This document shows positions 11,311 to 24,827 of a stretch of 64,000 nt of DNA, one piece after another. The position numbers and the translations under genes are program-made. The notes beneath the pieces were generated by a model that saw only the letters and a list, made by a program, of their open reading frames with translations, was not told where the DNA came from and did no database searches. How positions within the stretch are numbered: the stretch's first letter is position 1; every line of letters starts with the position of its first letter. This DNA is from Macrostomum hystrix (Eukaryota > Animalia > Platyhelminthes), in assembly GCA_950097015.1 (NCBI GenBank), contig CATNEN010000002.1, forward strand, positions 1,426,001-1,490,000. The letters run 5' to 3'.

Positions 11311-11914
11311 AAAGAATCAGTTGGATGTCGATCAGAATAGGATTGTGATGCAATTGGAAACTCTGAATCTCGTTTGATTGGCTCGAGTCGCTTTTATGTT
11401 TTTTTTAGTTTTTTTGTCGCAATAAAAGTGCAAACAGTTGTTTTAGTCGCTTCAAGCAGCTAGTCTAAGCAGTTTTTTTCGCTGCATATCTTTGTTTTAA
11501 AGCTGACCACTGTTGCTGCTACTGCAATATAGGTTTTCTGTGCAGTTCTTTCGCGCGCAATGGTAGTTTCGTCTGTTGCCATAAGTGTATTTTCTTGTCA
11601 CCCTTGGCTTTTCTAATCACAAGTCATTAATTAAAATATTTTCTATGCCAGCACATTGCTATCCAAGTCAAATTTGAAGTTTTTTATTCTGCCTTGTTAA
11701 TATTTTATTACTTTTTTACGTAATATGTTTTACCCCTTTACTTGTCCGTATATGAAAATTTATCCTCTCCCTATGTTGTGGTGAGATAATTTTTATATTT
11801 GGAAAAATATTAGGGAATTTTCTGCTTTTTGCAGCAAACAACAACGTGAAAATAATGTACTCATAATTGACAAAGATTTTGTCACATTTATCCTTCTGTA
11901 AGACATAGCATGGT

Positions 11915-13045
11915 ATGGGATTAATAAGGAATTCCTAGTTTAACGATGGGATTAATAAGGAATTCCTAGTTTAACGATGGGATTAATGAGGAATTCCTAG
12001 TTTAACGATGGGATTAATGAGGATTTCCTAGTTTAACGATGGGATTAATGAGGAATTACTAGTTTAACGATGGGATTTATGAGGAATTACTAGTTTAACG
12101 ATGTGATTAATGAGGAATTCCTAGTTTAACGATGGGATTAATGAGGAATTCCTAGTTCAACGATGAGATTAATGAGGAATTCCTAGTTTAACGATGGGAT
12201 TAATGAGGAATTACTAGTTTAACGATGGGATTTATGAGGAATTCCTAGTTTAACGATGGGATTAATAAGGAATTCCTAGTTTAACGATGGGATTAATGAG
12301 GAATTCCTAGTTTAACGATGGGATTAATGAGGAATTCCTAGTTCAACGATGAGATTAATGAGGAATTCCTAGTTTAACGATGGGATTAATGAGGAATTAC
12401 TAGTTTAACGATGGGATTAATGAGGAATTACTAGTTTAACGATGGGATTAATGAGGAATTCCTAGTTTAACGATGGGATTAATGAGGAATTCCTAGTTTA
12501 ACGATGGGATTAATGAGGAATTCCTAGTTTAACGATGGGATTAATGAGGAATTACTAGTTTAACGATGGGATTAATGAGGAATTCCTAGTTTAACGATGG
12601 GATTAATGAGGAATTACTAGTTTAACGATGGGATTAATGAGGAATTCCTAGTTTAACGATGGGATTAATGAGGAATTACTAGTTTAACGATGGGATTAAT
12701 GAGGAATTACTAGTTTAACGATGGGATTAATGAGGAATTCCTAGTTTAACGATGGGATTAATGAGGAATTCCTAGTTTAACGATGGGATTAATGAGGAAT
12801 TCCTAGTTTAACGATGGGATTTATGAGGAATTCCTAGTTTAACGATGGTAATGATGAGAAATTCCTATTTTAACGATGGGATTAATGAGGAATTCCTAGT
12901 TTAACGATGGGATTAATGAGGAATTCCTAGTTTAACGATGGGATTAATGAGGAATTCCTAGTTTAACGATGGGATTAATGAGGAATTCCTATTTTAACGA
13001 TGGGATTAATTAGAAATTACTAGTTTAACGATGGGATTAATGAGG
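11915..13045. repeat. 31-bp minisatellite (ATGGGATTAATGAGGAATTCCTAGTTTAACG)n
   Basis: About 36 tandem units; most contain the palindrome AGGAATTCCT. Confidence 0.97.
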
Positions 13046-13098
13046 ATTTTCCAGTTAAAATATGTTTTTATTGGGAAATTACCTGATAAATGATAATT

Positions 13099-13301
13099 GC
13101 AGGAAGTCTGCGGGCAATGGCGCATCATTTGGTGACACCAGACCCGCAGCCAGCGAGGAGTCGATTCTGCCCATTCCGCTGACTCCTGAGCATACACGCA
13201 CACAGATACAGTAAATACAGACATAAGCTGACAGGTGTGTACATCTGCCGACTTTCTCATCGTCAGGCAGTGTACACTGAACCTTGGAGGTTGGCCCTCA
13301 A
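13099..13301 (+). repeat. Dispersed repeat family X, copy 2
   Basis: GCGGGCAATGGCG.ATCATTTGGTGACAC..GACCCGCAGCCAGCG...TGTACACT...TTGGAGGTTGGCCCTCA also occurs reversed at 39118-39296. Confidence 0.8.
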
Positions 13302-14281
13302 TTGCGTACATTGCACGACAAGCCCCCAAGCCTTCTCTCCGCGGCTGCGCCCCAAATGAATGTGGCCTCGCCGCGGAATCGAACATGGGGACCTTGGTTA
13401 ACCGACGGAAATAGTGGGCAATCAATTGTCAAACAATAGCATTTAAGGGGAATCCCTAGTTCGACCAGTAGAATGATTCGTAATCGCCACTTTAATTTCT
13501 CTGACTGGTTAAATTATGGTATCTAAATGAAATCAAGTCTAAACTAGACAAAAATGATAAAAAGCTTACGAATATCATACGATTGTGTACTATTTTGTGT
13601 CCTGCAGTTAACGAAATAGTATTATTATATTATAATCACAGCTTGTCTTCTAGTTACAGTTTTAATTGAGTATGTAATTAATTTCTACTTATACCCATTT
13701 TCATGGGCTTAACAATCGCCGTTTAGGCTCCTCTCGCATGCGCGTGCGCTTGCCTTTTCAGTTCGTTTTGCTAATAGTTTTTTTAACCAAATTTATTTAA
13801 GTCGCGTTTTCAACGCTTTCGTCATCTAGTATTACCTAGTCTTTGTTAGGCTTATTTTCTTTACTCACTAACCCCTTAATGTAGCGACTTTTTAGTGTTT
13901 GATACAAGGTGCATTTTAAAAGTTCTTTTTGGCTGCTTAAAAGATTACCAAAAATCACGGAACTTGGGAGCATTAATAGCTATGTCTATGGCCTAAACCT
14001 TGACAATACTAAGGTAGTCAAGGTTTACCTTGACTTATAATAGCTTATAATAGCCAAGGTCTATGGCCTTGACTATAATAAGGATTATAGTCAAGAAATG
14101 TACTCTTTGGATCTAGGAATAAAGAATTTTATTTAGTATCTAAAATCACTTTTGATGTACAGGTTAAGGATTAGTCAATAAACTGCTTGTTCGGATCTAG
14201 AAATAAAAATACAATGATTGACCTACGGTTTTTTAACTCTTTGTGTTACTTAAAATTTCAGTCGATGCTATAATAGCTATA

Positions 14282-17200
14282 ATGCTGTGCGCTTGTCGTC
14301 CCGACAGCATCAATCAATTGCGTTTCGCCTCTGACACCTGTCTTGGCGTGCTGAAATTGTTCAGCGGCGTTGTAGACAGCTATGTTTCGGTGAGGTCACT
14401 GATCTAGTGAGTTTAGTGCTGATCTAGGATCCTCTGTGTGAGTTTATTGCTGATCTAGGATCCTCTGTGTGAGTTTATTGCTGATCTAGAATCCTCTGTT
14501 TGAGTTTATTGCTGATCTAGGATCCTCTGTGTGAGTTTATTGCTGATCTAGGATCCTCTGTGTGAGTTTATTGCTGATCTAGGATCCTCTGTGTGAGTTT
14601 ATTGCTGATCTAGAATCCTCTGTGTGTGTTTATTGCTGATCTAGGATCCTCTGTGTGTGTTTAGTGCTGATCTAGGATCCTCTGTGTGAGTTTATTGCTG
14701 ATCTAGGATCCTCTGTGTGAGTTTATTGCTGATCTAGGATCCTCTGTGTGAGTTTATTGCTGATCTAGAATCCTCTGTGTGAGTTTATTGCTGATCTAGA
14801 ATCCTCTGTGTGAGTTTATTGCTGATCTAGGATCCTCTGTGTGAGTTTATTGCTGATCTAGGATCCTCTGTGTGAGTTTATTGCTGATCTAGGATCCTCT
14901 GTGTGAGTTTATTGCTGATCTAGGATCCTCTGTGTGAGTTTATTGCTGATCTAGGATCCTCTGTGTGAGTTTATTGCTGATCTAGGATCCTCTGTGTGAG
15001 TTTAGTGCTGATCTAGGATCCTCTGTGTGAGTTTATTGCTGATCTAGGATCCTCTGTGTGAGTTTATTGCTGATCTAGGATCCTCTGTGAGTTTATTGCT
15101 GATCTAGGATCCTCTGTGTGAGTTTATTGCTGATCTAGAATCCTCTGTGTGTGTTTATTGCTGATCTAGGATCCTCTGTGTGTGTTTATTGCTGATCTAG
15201 GATCCTCTGTGTGAGTTTATTGCTGATCTAGGATCCTCTGTGTGAGTTCATTGCTGATCTAGGATCCTCTGTGTGAGTTCATTGCTGATCTAGGATCCTC
15301 TGTGTGAGTTTATTGCTGATCTAGGATCCTCTGTGAGTTTATTGCTGATCTAGGATCCTCTGTGTGAGTTTATTGCTGATCTAGGATCCTCTGTGTGAGT
15401 TTATTGCTGATCTAGGATCCTCTGTGTGAGTTCATTGCTGATCTAGGATCCTCTGTGTGAGTTCATTGCTGATCTAGGATCCTCTGTGTGAGTTTATTGC
15501 TGATCTAGGATCCTCTGTGTGAGTTTATTGCTGATCTAGGATCCTCTGTGTGTGTTTATTGCTGATCTAGGATCCTCTGTGTGAGTTTATTGCTGATCTA
15601 GAATCCTCTGTGTGAGTTCATTGCTGATCTAGGATCCTCTGTGTGTGTTTATTGCTGATCTAGGATCCTCTGTGTGAGTTCATTGCTGATCTAGAATCCT
15701 CTGTGTGAGTTTATTGCTGATCTAGGATCCTCTGTGTGTGTTTATTGCTGATCTAGGATCCTCTGTGTGAGTTTATTGCTGATCTAGAATCCTCTGTGTG
15801 AGTTTATTGCTGATCTAGGATCCTCTGTGTGAGTTTATTGCTGATCTAGGATCCTCTGTGTGAGTTTATTGCTGATCTAGGATCCTCTGTGTGAGTTTAT
15901 TGCTGATCTAGGATCCTCTGTGTGAGTTTATTGCTGATCTAGGATCCTCTGTGTGAGTTTATTGCTGATCTAGGATCCTCTGTGAGAGTTTATTGCTGAT
16001 CTAGGATCCTCTGTGTGAGTTTATTGCTGATCTAGAATCCTCTGTGTGAGTTTATTGCTGATCTAGGATCCTCTGTGTGAGTTTATTGCTGATCTAGGAT
16101 CCTCTGTGTGAGTTTATTGCTGATCTAGGATCCTCTGTGTGAGTTTAGTGCTGATCTAGAATCCTCTGTGTGAGTTTATTGCTGATCTAGGATCCTCTGT
16201 GTGTGTTTATTGCTGATCTAGGATCCTCTGTGTGAGTTTATTGCTGATCTAGGATCCTCTGTGTGAGTTTATTGCTGATCTAGAATCCTCTGTGTGAGTT
16301 TATTGCTGATCTAGGATCCTCTGTGTGTGTTTAGATAAAATATGTTTGATAAGTTTGATTCTTGAGTTCCTTTTAAAAGCGGCATTATCAAAGTGTTTTG
16401 CCAGATTAAAATTGCATTGCTTCTGTCCTCAGGATTATTTCGTCGCCGACTTGCAATCGTTAGTTAAGCCGTGTCTGTTTCGTCATCTAAACCTGAGCTG
16501 CCTAACATGCTTAAGTAATATTATTACGCCAACAGGTGTGTGTTAAATTTCGTGCTTTCGACCATGACATTCTTTATTATCCTGTTCTGGGCATTATTAT
16601 CTCTTGTGTTTTAATCATTTTAGGCAGTCTTCAGCTACCAAACTCAAAATGCTCGCGTACAGGGAGTGACAGGTGCGTACTGCATTTATTAAATTCTTTA
16701 TCATATCCACCAAATTCAGATCCCATGCTTAGCTTAAAGCATCCCAGATCCCATGCTCAGCTGGCAGCATCCCAGATCCCATGCTCAGCTGGCAGCATCC
16801 CAGATCCCCATGCTCAGCTGGCAGCATCCCAGATCCCCATGCTCAGCTTGCAGCATCCCAGATCCCCATGCTCAGCTGGCAGCATCCCAGATCCCCATGC
16901 TCAGCTTGCAGCATCCCAGATCCCCATGCTCAGCTGTCAGCATCCCAGATCCCATGCTCAGCTTGCAGCATCCCAGATCCCAATGCTCAGCTGGCAGCAT
17001 CCCAGATCCCCATGCTCAGCTGGCAGCATCCCAGATCCCCATGCTCAGCTTGCAGCATCCCAGATCCCCATGCTCAGCTGGCAGCATCCCAGATCCCCAT
17101 GCTCAGCTGGCAGCATCCCAGATCCCATACTCAGCTTGCAGCATCCCAGATCCCAATGCTCAGCTGGCAGCATCCCAGATCCCCATGCTCAGCTGGCAGC

Positions 17201-19803
17201 ATCCCAGATCCCCATGCTCAGCTTGCAGCATCCCAGACCCCATGCTCAGCTTGCAGCATCCCAGATCCCCATGCTCAGCTGGCAGCATCCCAGATCCCCA
17301 TGCTCAGCTTGCAGCATCCCAGATCCCCATGCTCAGCTGTCAGCATCCCAGATCCCCATGCTCAGCTGGCAGCATCCCAGATCCCCATGCTCAGCTTGCA
17401 GCATCCCAGACCCCATGCTCAGCTTGCAGCATCCCAGATCCCCATGCTCAGCTGGCAGCATCCCAGATCCCCATGCTCAGCTGGCAGCATCCCAGATCCC
17501 CATGCTCAGCTGGCAGCATCCCAGATCCCCATGCTCAGCTGGCAGCATCCCAGATCCCCATGCTCAGCTGGCAGCATCCCAGATCCCCATGCTCAGCTGG
17601 CAGCATCCCAGATCCCCATGCTCAGCTGGCAGCATCCAGATCCCCATGCTCAGCCTCCACCATTACTCCATCACTCTGCAGAGCTGTCTGCATAAACAAG
17701 ACAGTTCCGTCACCTCTGGTGCTACAATGCCTTCAAAGATTGAACCGGTTCTGTCAGTTGAATTGTCCACGGGATTCTGCTGATGGATCCATTCTGCCTA
17801 GGACTATTTGTGAGGCCTGTGAGCGGTTGCAGGGGCGCTGCAGTATCAGCAATTCGATACATTCCATCCGCGATCCACATAACGGCCATAAGCTGCAGAG
17901 TCAGCTCAATCCTGCGTTGCGTAAGAAGGTCAAGCTGAAAAAAGAGCAGGAAATCTGTGCGCTTGGAAACGTGAGAACCGAATAGTTTTTAATAATGGCT
18001 TGTACTTTAGCTTCTAGAAGATGCAATGCTCACTACAAATACTCGACCGCCAATGATTAGGTCATTCAGTTTCTCTCGGACGAGATCAGCTCAAATGTGG
18101 CTGGCGTCGAATCACCTTTGGTTATTGACGCTGGCTCGGGTTTGGGACATCTGTCTCGACACTTGACCATTAACTGCGGCTTTGGTGTCCTGGCTATTGA
18201 GTCAGCCAGCAGTCACGGACCTCTGGCTGCGGAACTCGATCGTCGGGCTCAGCGACTTCACCGTTTGACACCGGTCGGCGGCCCACCGGAGCATGTCTGC
18301 CGTCGGTTGAAATCTAGCCGGGACCTGCTGGACCAGTGTCCGCCTGATAGACCGCTTATTCTCGCTGGTCTGCACGCCTGCGGCGACCTCAGCTCCCTGC
18401 TGATTAGGGCCCTGGCTGAGCCTAACACGCCAGCCAGAGCCCTGGCCTCCGTTGGCTGCTGCTACATGCGCACCGGCTGGGGCGCCGACGACTGCTGCTA
18501 TCCGATGAGGTCGGGAGGAGGCGCCAAACTCAGCTACCAGGCCTTAGAGTTGGCCTGCCATTCTCTGCTGGCCTTTGTTAAACGACTGCGGCAGACGGAT
18601 AGCTTAGATAAGCTTCGCTCTCATGCTTACAGGGCTGGCTTGCAGCTGCTGCTTTTAGGGGACAGTGTCTGTGGCGCAACAGCAGCAGCAGCAACGGAGG
18701 AAATTATCTCTGGTGCAGCAGCAGTAGCAGTAGGGGACAATGTGTCTGGTGCAGCAGCAGTAGCAGTAGGGGACAATGTTTCTGGTGCAGCAGCAGTAGC
18801 AGTAGGGGACAATGTTTCTGGTGCAGCAGCAGTAGCAGTAGGGCACAATGTGTCTGGTGCAGCAGCAGTAGCAGTAGGGGACAATGTTTCTGGTGCAGCA
18901 GCAGCGGAGGACAATGTCCCTTGTGCAGCAGCAGCAGCAAAAGGGGACAATGTGTCTGGTGCAGCAGCAGCGGAGGACAATGTCTCTTGTGCAGCAGCAG
19001 CAGCAAAAGGGGACAATGTGTCTGGTGCAGCAGCAGCGGAGGACAATGTCTCTTGTGCAGCAGCAGCAGCAAAAGGGGACAATGTGTCTGGTGCAGCAGC
19101 AGCGGAGGACAATGTCTCTTGTGCAGCAGCAGCAGCAAAAGGGGACAATGTGTCTGGTGCAGCAGCAGCGGAGGAGGACAATGTCTCTTGTGCAGCAGCT
19201 GCAGCAGTAGGGGACAATGTGTCTAGTGCAGCAGCAGCGGAGGACAATGTCTCTAGTGCAGCAGCAGCAGCAGCAGTAGCGGAGGAGGACAATGTCTCTA
19301 GTGCAGCAGCAGCAGCTGAGGACAATGTCTCCGGTGCAGCAGCAGCAGCGGAGGACAATGTCTCTAGTGCTGCAGCAGCAGCGGAGGACAATGTCTCTAG
19401 TGCAGCAGCAGCAGCGGAGGACAATGTCTCTAGTGCAGCAGCAGCAGCAGCGGAGGAGGACAATGTCTCTGGTGCAGCAGCCCGTCGCATTCGCTACCCA
19501 GTCAAGAAGCGCTGCCATCAATCATTTCGCCAGTACGTCGCCGCAGTGTCGCCTAAGAGCGTAAACGCCAACGAGGCGACCTGGCTTCATGCCGAGCAAC
19601 TAGTGGATTCTCGTTGGCGCGAGGTTTTGACGTGGAACTGCCTTCGACAGCTGCTGGCTCCGATCGCCGAGTCGGCTGTGCTGCTAGATAGGCTTATTTG
19701 TCTAAGAGAATGCCGCCCTGAGTTGAGACAGTTGGCAATGCTGCCGCTGTTCGATCCTGAGCACAGTCCTAGAAATATTTGCATTGTTGCTATGCGGAAG
19801 TGA
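14282..19803 (+). CDS. METTL25B: Methyltransferase-like 25B (RRNAD1), 5 exons
   Basis: Exons 14282-14389, 16433-16535, 16624-16672, 17682-17970, 18061-19803, phase-consistent GT-AG. Motifs LRKKVKLKKEQEI, VIDAGSGLGHLSR (SAM motif I), GLHACGDLS, SVGCCYM, ELACH, AYRA, LLAPIAES.VLLDRL, LPLFDPEHSPRN. Confidence 0.9.
14390..16325 (+). repeat. 31-bp minisatellite (GCTGATCTAGGATCCTCTGTGTGAGTTTATT)n filling METTL25B intron 1
   Basis: About 62 units starting at the donor site. Confidence 0.97.
16715..17655 (+). repeat. 28/29-bp minisatellite (CCCAGATCCCCATGCTCAGCTGGCAGCAT)n in METTL25B intron 3
   Basis: About 32 units, ending about 25 nt before the acceptor at 17681. Confidence 0.95.
18700..19480 (+). 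repeat. In-frame GCA-rich minisatellite within the METTL25B terminal exon ORF
   Basis: Units of about 30-42 bp encoding SGAAAVAVGDNV / SGAAAAEDNV / SCAAAAAKGDNV; no stop in the gene frame. Confidence 0.85.
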
Positions 19804-20527
19804 TGCATTTGTCGGCGCATTTTTCATGACAGATGTATTTTAAACAGAGTGAAACTTGAAATTATACTGTGCGAAATACCGCTATTGTTGAATAAGGAAG
19901 TGCTGCTTTACATTCTTTCTCATTGCTTTACGGAAGTCCCTGCGATTGTCTCATTGTTCACCTTCTCTTTGGTAGATTGGCCATAATAGATAGGTGTTTT
20001 AGTGTTTACCTAACCCTCTTCTCCTTCTCATAACTTCAGAAGCAGACTAAAGTCTCCTACAATCGTTGAAACAGTAGGAGAAAATATCTTTGTGTCAGCA
20101 CCTGTTTTACAGCTGTGTAAAATTAAAGAGATCAATAATTCAGTGTCTGCTCAATTACTCAATTGCTACATTGGTATTGACCGTCCATTAACAATAGAAA
20201 AACCTCGCGGGTATTTCAAGTACCCTATAGTTTTATCATTTTTTTCTGTAAATCCAGAACACGGGCTAAGTTTTCCGCTGGATCCGACAAAACAACTTAC
20301 ACACATCGGCATCGTCGAAATATTCAACGATTATATTCTGTGTTTCTTGTGGCAAAAACCAACAATATAGGCATAATTTTTCTGCTAAAAAACTTCACCA
20401 AGGAGCCATGTCTATTCGGTTCGGTTCGAAATTCCCATTGGCTAACATTCCAATGTATAAGGAAAGTACTTTTGTATTTCGTACTTCAGATAGTTTAAAT
20501 TGCGCCATTTCGTGCCCCGCAGCAGCC

Positions 20528-23500
20528 ATGTTTAAGTCCAAGCAGACTCTGTTAGCTGGCGCTGCCGGCTTCACATTTGGCTGCGTGCTCAGCTTCCTAC
20601 TGCTCAAAAACTGTACGCGCTCTTTCGGCCATGGGGAGCTGCAGGACGCTGCCAGAGAATGCCACGATTCCAGTCAGGTAAGCTCAACCTGAGACTCAAT
20701 ACCCATTCAGCTGTATTTCAAAATTAATTCGCTCTTATTTTTAGAACCCATTCACATTATTCTAAAATATATACTCATTCACGATCATTCTAAACTCATT
20801 CACCCTCATTATAAACTCATTCACCCTCATTCTAAACTCATTCACCCTCATTATAAACTCATTCACCCTCATTATAAACTCATTCACTCCCATTCAAAGC
20901 CTATTCACCCTCATTCTAAACTCATTCACCCTCATTATAAACTCATTCACCCTCATTATAAACTCATTCACCCCCATTCTAAACTCATTCACCCTCATTC
21001 TAAAGCCATTCACCCTCATTCTAAACCCATTCACCCTCATTCTAAAGCCATTCACCCTCATTCTAAAGCCATTCACCCTCATTCTAAACCCATTCACCCT
21101 CATTCTAAAGCCATTCACCCTCATTCTAAAGCCATTCACCCTCATTCTAAACCCATTCACCCTCATTCTAAAGCCGCTCACCCTCATTCTAAACCTATTC
21201 GCCCTCATTCTAAAGCCATTCACCCTCATTCTAAAGCCCTTCACCTCATTCTAAACTCATTCACCCTCATAATAAACTCATTCACCCTCATTATAAACTC
21301 ATTCACCCCCATTCAAAGCCTATTCACCCTCATTATAAACTCATTCACCCCCATTCAAAACCTGTTCACCCTTCCCCAAAAACCCACAAGGCTGCCGCAC
21401 AGAATAAGTTGCTCCTGGCCAGTGATTCGCAGTTTATACCGCGCCAGCCCCACGATCACGCCGCCTGGGACGCCATCCTTCGCCGTCTGGGCCCGGTCGG
21501 CCAGTCGGCCCAGTGGAATGACTCGGCATCGCATTCGCATCTGAATGAGAATGTACTAGCCGACAGACTCAAAGCTAAAGTGAGAGTGTTCTGTTGGATC
21601 CTCACAGCGCCGGGTAATCACAAGTCTAAAGCGGTGCATTTGAAAGCCACGTGGGTGAAGCGGTGCAACAATTATGTGTTTATGAGCACTCAAGCTGATC
21701 CTGCCCTACCTTCGATCGGTGAGTTGGGCCTATCCGAGTTCGAAGAGATTCAAACTTACATTCATCAGTTAGTTTGTAAGCCGCTGGGTTTTCCGAAAAT
21801 TGTCAGTCCCTGAATAATAGTAGACGAATTGTCACTCCCTGAATAATAGTAGACGAATTGTCACTCCCTGAATAATAGTAGACGAATTGTCACTCCCTGA
21901 ATAATAGTAGACGAATTGTCACTCCCTGAATAATAGTAGACGAATTGTCACTCCCTGAATAATAGTAGACGAATTGTCACTCCCTGAATAATAGTAGACG
22001 AATTGTCACTCCCTGAATAATAGTAGACGAATTTTCACTCCCTGAATAATAGTAGACGAATTGTCACTCCCTGAATAATAGTAGACGAATTGTCACTCCC
22101 TGAATAATTGTAGACGAATTGTCACTCCCTGAATAGTAGAGGAAATGTCACTCCCTGAATAATAATTGACGAATTGTCACTCCCTGAATAATAGTAGACG
22201 AATTGTCACTCCCTGAATAGTAGAGGAAATGTCACTCCCTGAATAATAATTGACGAATTGTCACTCCCTGAATAACAGTAGACAAATTGTCACTCTCTGA
22301 ATAATAGTAGACGAATTGTCACTCCCTGAATAATAGAGGGAATGCCACTCCTTGAATAATAGTAACATTCTCACTCCCTGAATTGTGAGCCATTCTCACT
22401 CCCTGAATTGTGAGCCATTCTCACTCCCTGAGTTGTGAGGCCATTCTCACTCCCTGAATTGTGAGGCCATTCTCACTCCCTGAACTATCCCAAAATACAA
22501 ATCAATCGCAGATCTGAAGGTGAGCGAAGGCCGGGACTACCTATGGGCCAAGACCAAGGCTGCATTCAAATACCTATACGATCATCACCTAAAAGACTAT
22601 GACTTCTTTCTCAAAGCTGACGACGACACGTTCGTTGTGATGGAAAACCTGAGGTACATGCTGCGTAACAGTGACCCGGACACCGGCCTGTACGCTGGTC
22701 GCAGGTTTAAGCCGTTTGTGAAGCAGGGCTACATGTCGGGCGGTGCCGGCTATGTACTGTCGCGAGAAGCTGTCCGACTATTCATTGAGCGAGCCCTGCC
22801 CAGCAAAACTGACTCCTGTCGACAGGATCATGGCGGCGCCGAGGATGTCAATATTGGTGAGCGATTCGGGCGAAATATCCATAGATTGTGAGCTGTTAAT
22901 GTTCCATGGTTACTATCAACTGTCTCCCAGGCTCCTGTCTGCAGTCTGTGGGCGTCACAGTCTTGGACTCGATCGACAGCCTGGGCAGGGAGCGATTTCA
23001 TCCGTTTCCACCCGAGAGCCACCTGCTGCCAAACTCTATTCCCAAGGATAACTGGCTGTGGCACTACAATTATCATCCACTGAAATTGGTGAGTATTGTC
23101 CTAATAAGACTCACTAGCTTGCCAATTTCTTGCTCTACTAAAGCAATGCTTTCAAATTCAAAATTACAAGATGAGACATTAAGATCCCAAAGTCGACCGG
23201 TGAAATCCCAACATGAGTTACATAAATTCCCTAAATTGAGGTACTCAATTCACAACTCACGTTACTGAATTCCCAACTTCCGTCACTGAATTCCCAACTT
23301 CCGTTACTGAATTCGCAACTCCCGTTACTGAATTCCCAACTTCCGTTACAGAATTCCCAACTTCCGTCACTGAATTCCCAACTTCCGTCACTGAATTCCC
23401 AACTTGAATTACTGAAATCCCAACCTCCGTTACTAAAATCCCAACCTCCGTTACTGAAATTCCAACCTCCGTTACTAAAATCCCAGCCTCCGTTACTAAA

Positions 23501-24827
23501 ATCCCAACCTCCGTTACTGATATCCCAACCTCCGTTACTGATATCCCAACCTCCGTTACTGAAATTCCAACCTCCGTTACTGATATCCCAACCTCCGTTA
23601 CTGAAATCCCAACCTCCGTAACTGATATCCCAACCTCCGTTACTGATATCCCAACCTCCGTAACTGATATCCCAACCTCCGTTACTGAAATCCCAACCTC
23701 CGTAACTGATATCCTAACCTCCGTTACTGAAATCCCAACCTCCGTTACTGATATCCCAACCTCCGTTACTGAAATCCCAACCTCCGTAACTGATATCCCA
23801 ACCTCCGTAACTGATATCCCAACCTCCGTTACTGAAATCCCAACCTCCGTAACTGATATCCCAACCTCCGTTACTGATATCCCAACCTCCGTATCTGATA
23901 TCCCAACCTCCGTTACTGAAATCCCAACCTCCGTAACTGATATCCTAACCTCCGTTACTGAAATCCCAACCTCCGTTACTGAAATCCCAACATCCGTTAC
24001 TGATATCCCAACCTCCGTAACTGATATCCCAACCTCCGTTACTGATATCCCAACCTCCGTTACTGAAATCCCAACCTCCGTAACTGATATCCTAACCTCC
24101 GTTACTGAAATCCCAACCTCCGTTACTGATATCCCAACCTCCGTTACTGAAATTCCAACCTCCGTTACTTAAACTCCAACCTCCGTTACTGAAATTCCAA
24201 CCTCCGTTACTTAAATCTCAACCTCCGTCACTGAAATCCCAACCTCCGTTAATTAAATCTTAACCTCCGTTACTTAAATCTCAACCTCCGTTACCTAAAT
24301 CCCAACCTCCGTTACTTAAATCTCAACCTCCGTTACTGAAATCCCAACCTCCGTTACTGAAATTCCAACCTCCGTTACTGAAATTCCAACCTCCGTTACT
24401 GAAATTCAAACCTCCGTTACTGAAATTCCTACCTCCGTTACTGAAATTCCAACCTCCGTTACTGAAATTCCAACCTCCGTTACTGAAATTCCAACCTCCG
24501 TTACTGAAATTCCAACATGAGTCACTAAATGTGACTCAACTATAGCGCCGAGATTAGCATATTTTGAGAGAAATTGACAAACTCAGTCGCCGTAAGATTG
24601 AGAAGCCTCTGCGACTGCACCCTCAGGGACCGGACTGCTGCAGTGACACAACAGTTTCATTTCACTACGTCAGCCCATCACTGATGTACGCCCTCGAGTT
24701 TTTTGTGTACCACCTGAAGCCCTACGGCGTTGTGCATGACTATGACACTGTCAAAGCCTTCATTGTCAGCGAATTGAAAGCTCAACTATCAGCAAATCAC
24801 CCTGGAATTCATGGTAAAACTAAATAA
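20528..24827 (+). CDS. C1GALT1: Core 1 beta-1,3-galactosyltransferase (T-synthase), 5 exons
   Basis: Exons 20528-20677, 21391-21718, 22512-22856, 22931-23088, 24627-24827. Motifs [77 protein letters not shown]; N-terminal TM anchor. Confidence 0.96.
20770..21370 (+). repeat. 21-bp minisatellite (ATTCACCCTCATTCTAAAGCC-like), C1GALT1 intron 1
   Basis: Tandem units read directly. Confidence 0.93.
21800..22485 (+). repeat. 29-bp minisatellite (GAATAATAGTAGACGAATTGTCACTCCCT)n, C1GALT1 intron 2
   Basis: Tandem units, degenerating toward the acceptor. Confidence 0.93.
23265..24517 (+). repeat. 21-bp minisatellite (CCCAACCTCCGTTACTGAAAT)n, C1GALT1 intron 4
   Basis: About 59 tandem units. Confidence 0.95.

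Noticed and set aside
11915-16325. Regular ~31-bp repeats resembling CRISPR arrays
   Set aside because: Units are head-to-tail with no unique spacers, there are no cas genes, and the context is eukaryotic.
18627-19521. Antisense Cys-rich or Ala-rich ORFs over the METTL25B repeat (metallothionein-like look)
   Set aside because: These are alternative frames of the GCA repeat, with no independent gene structure.
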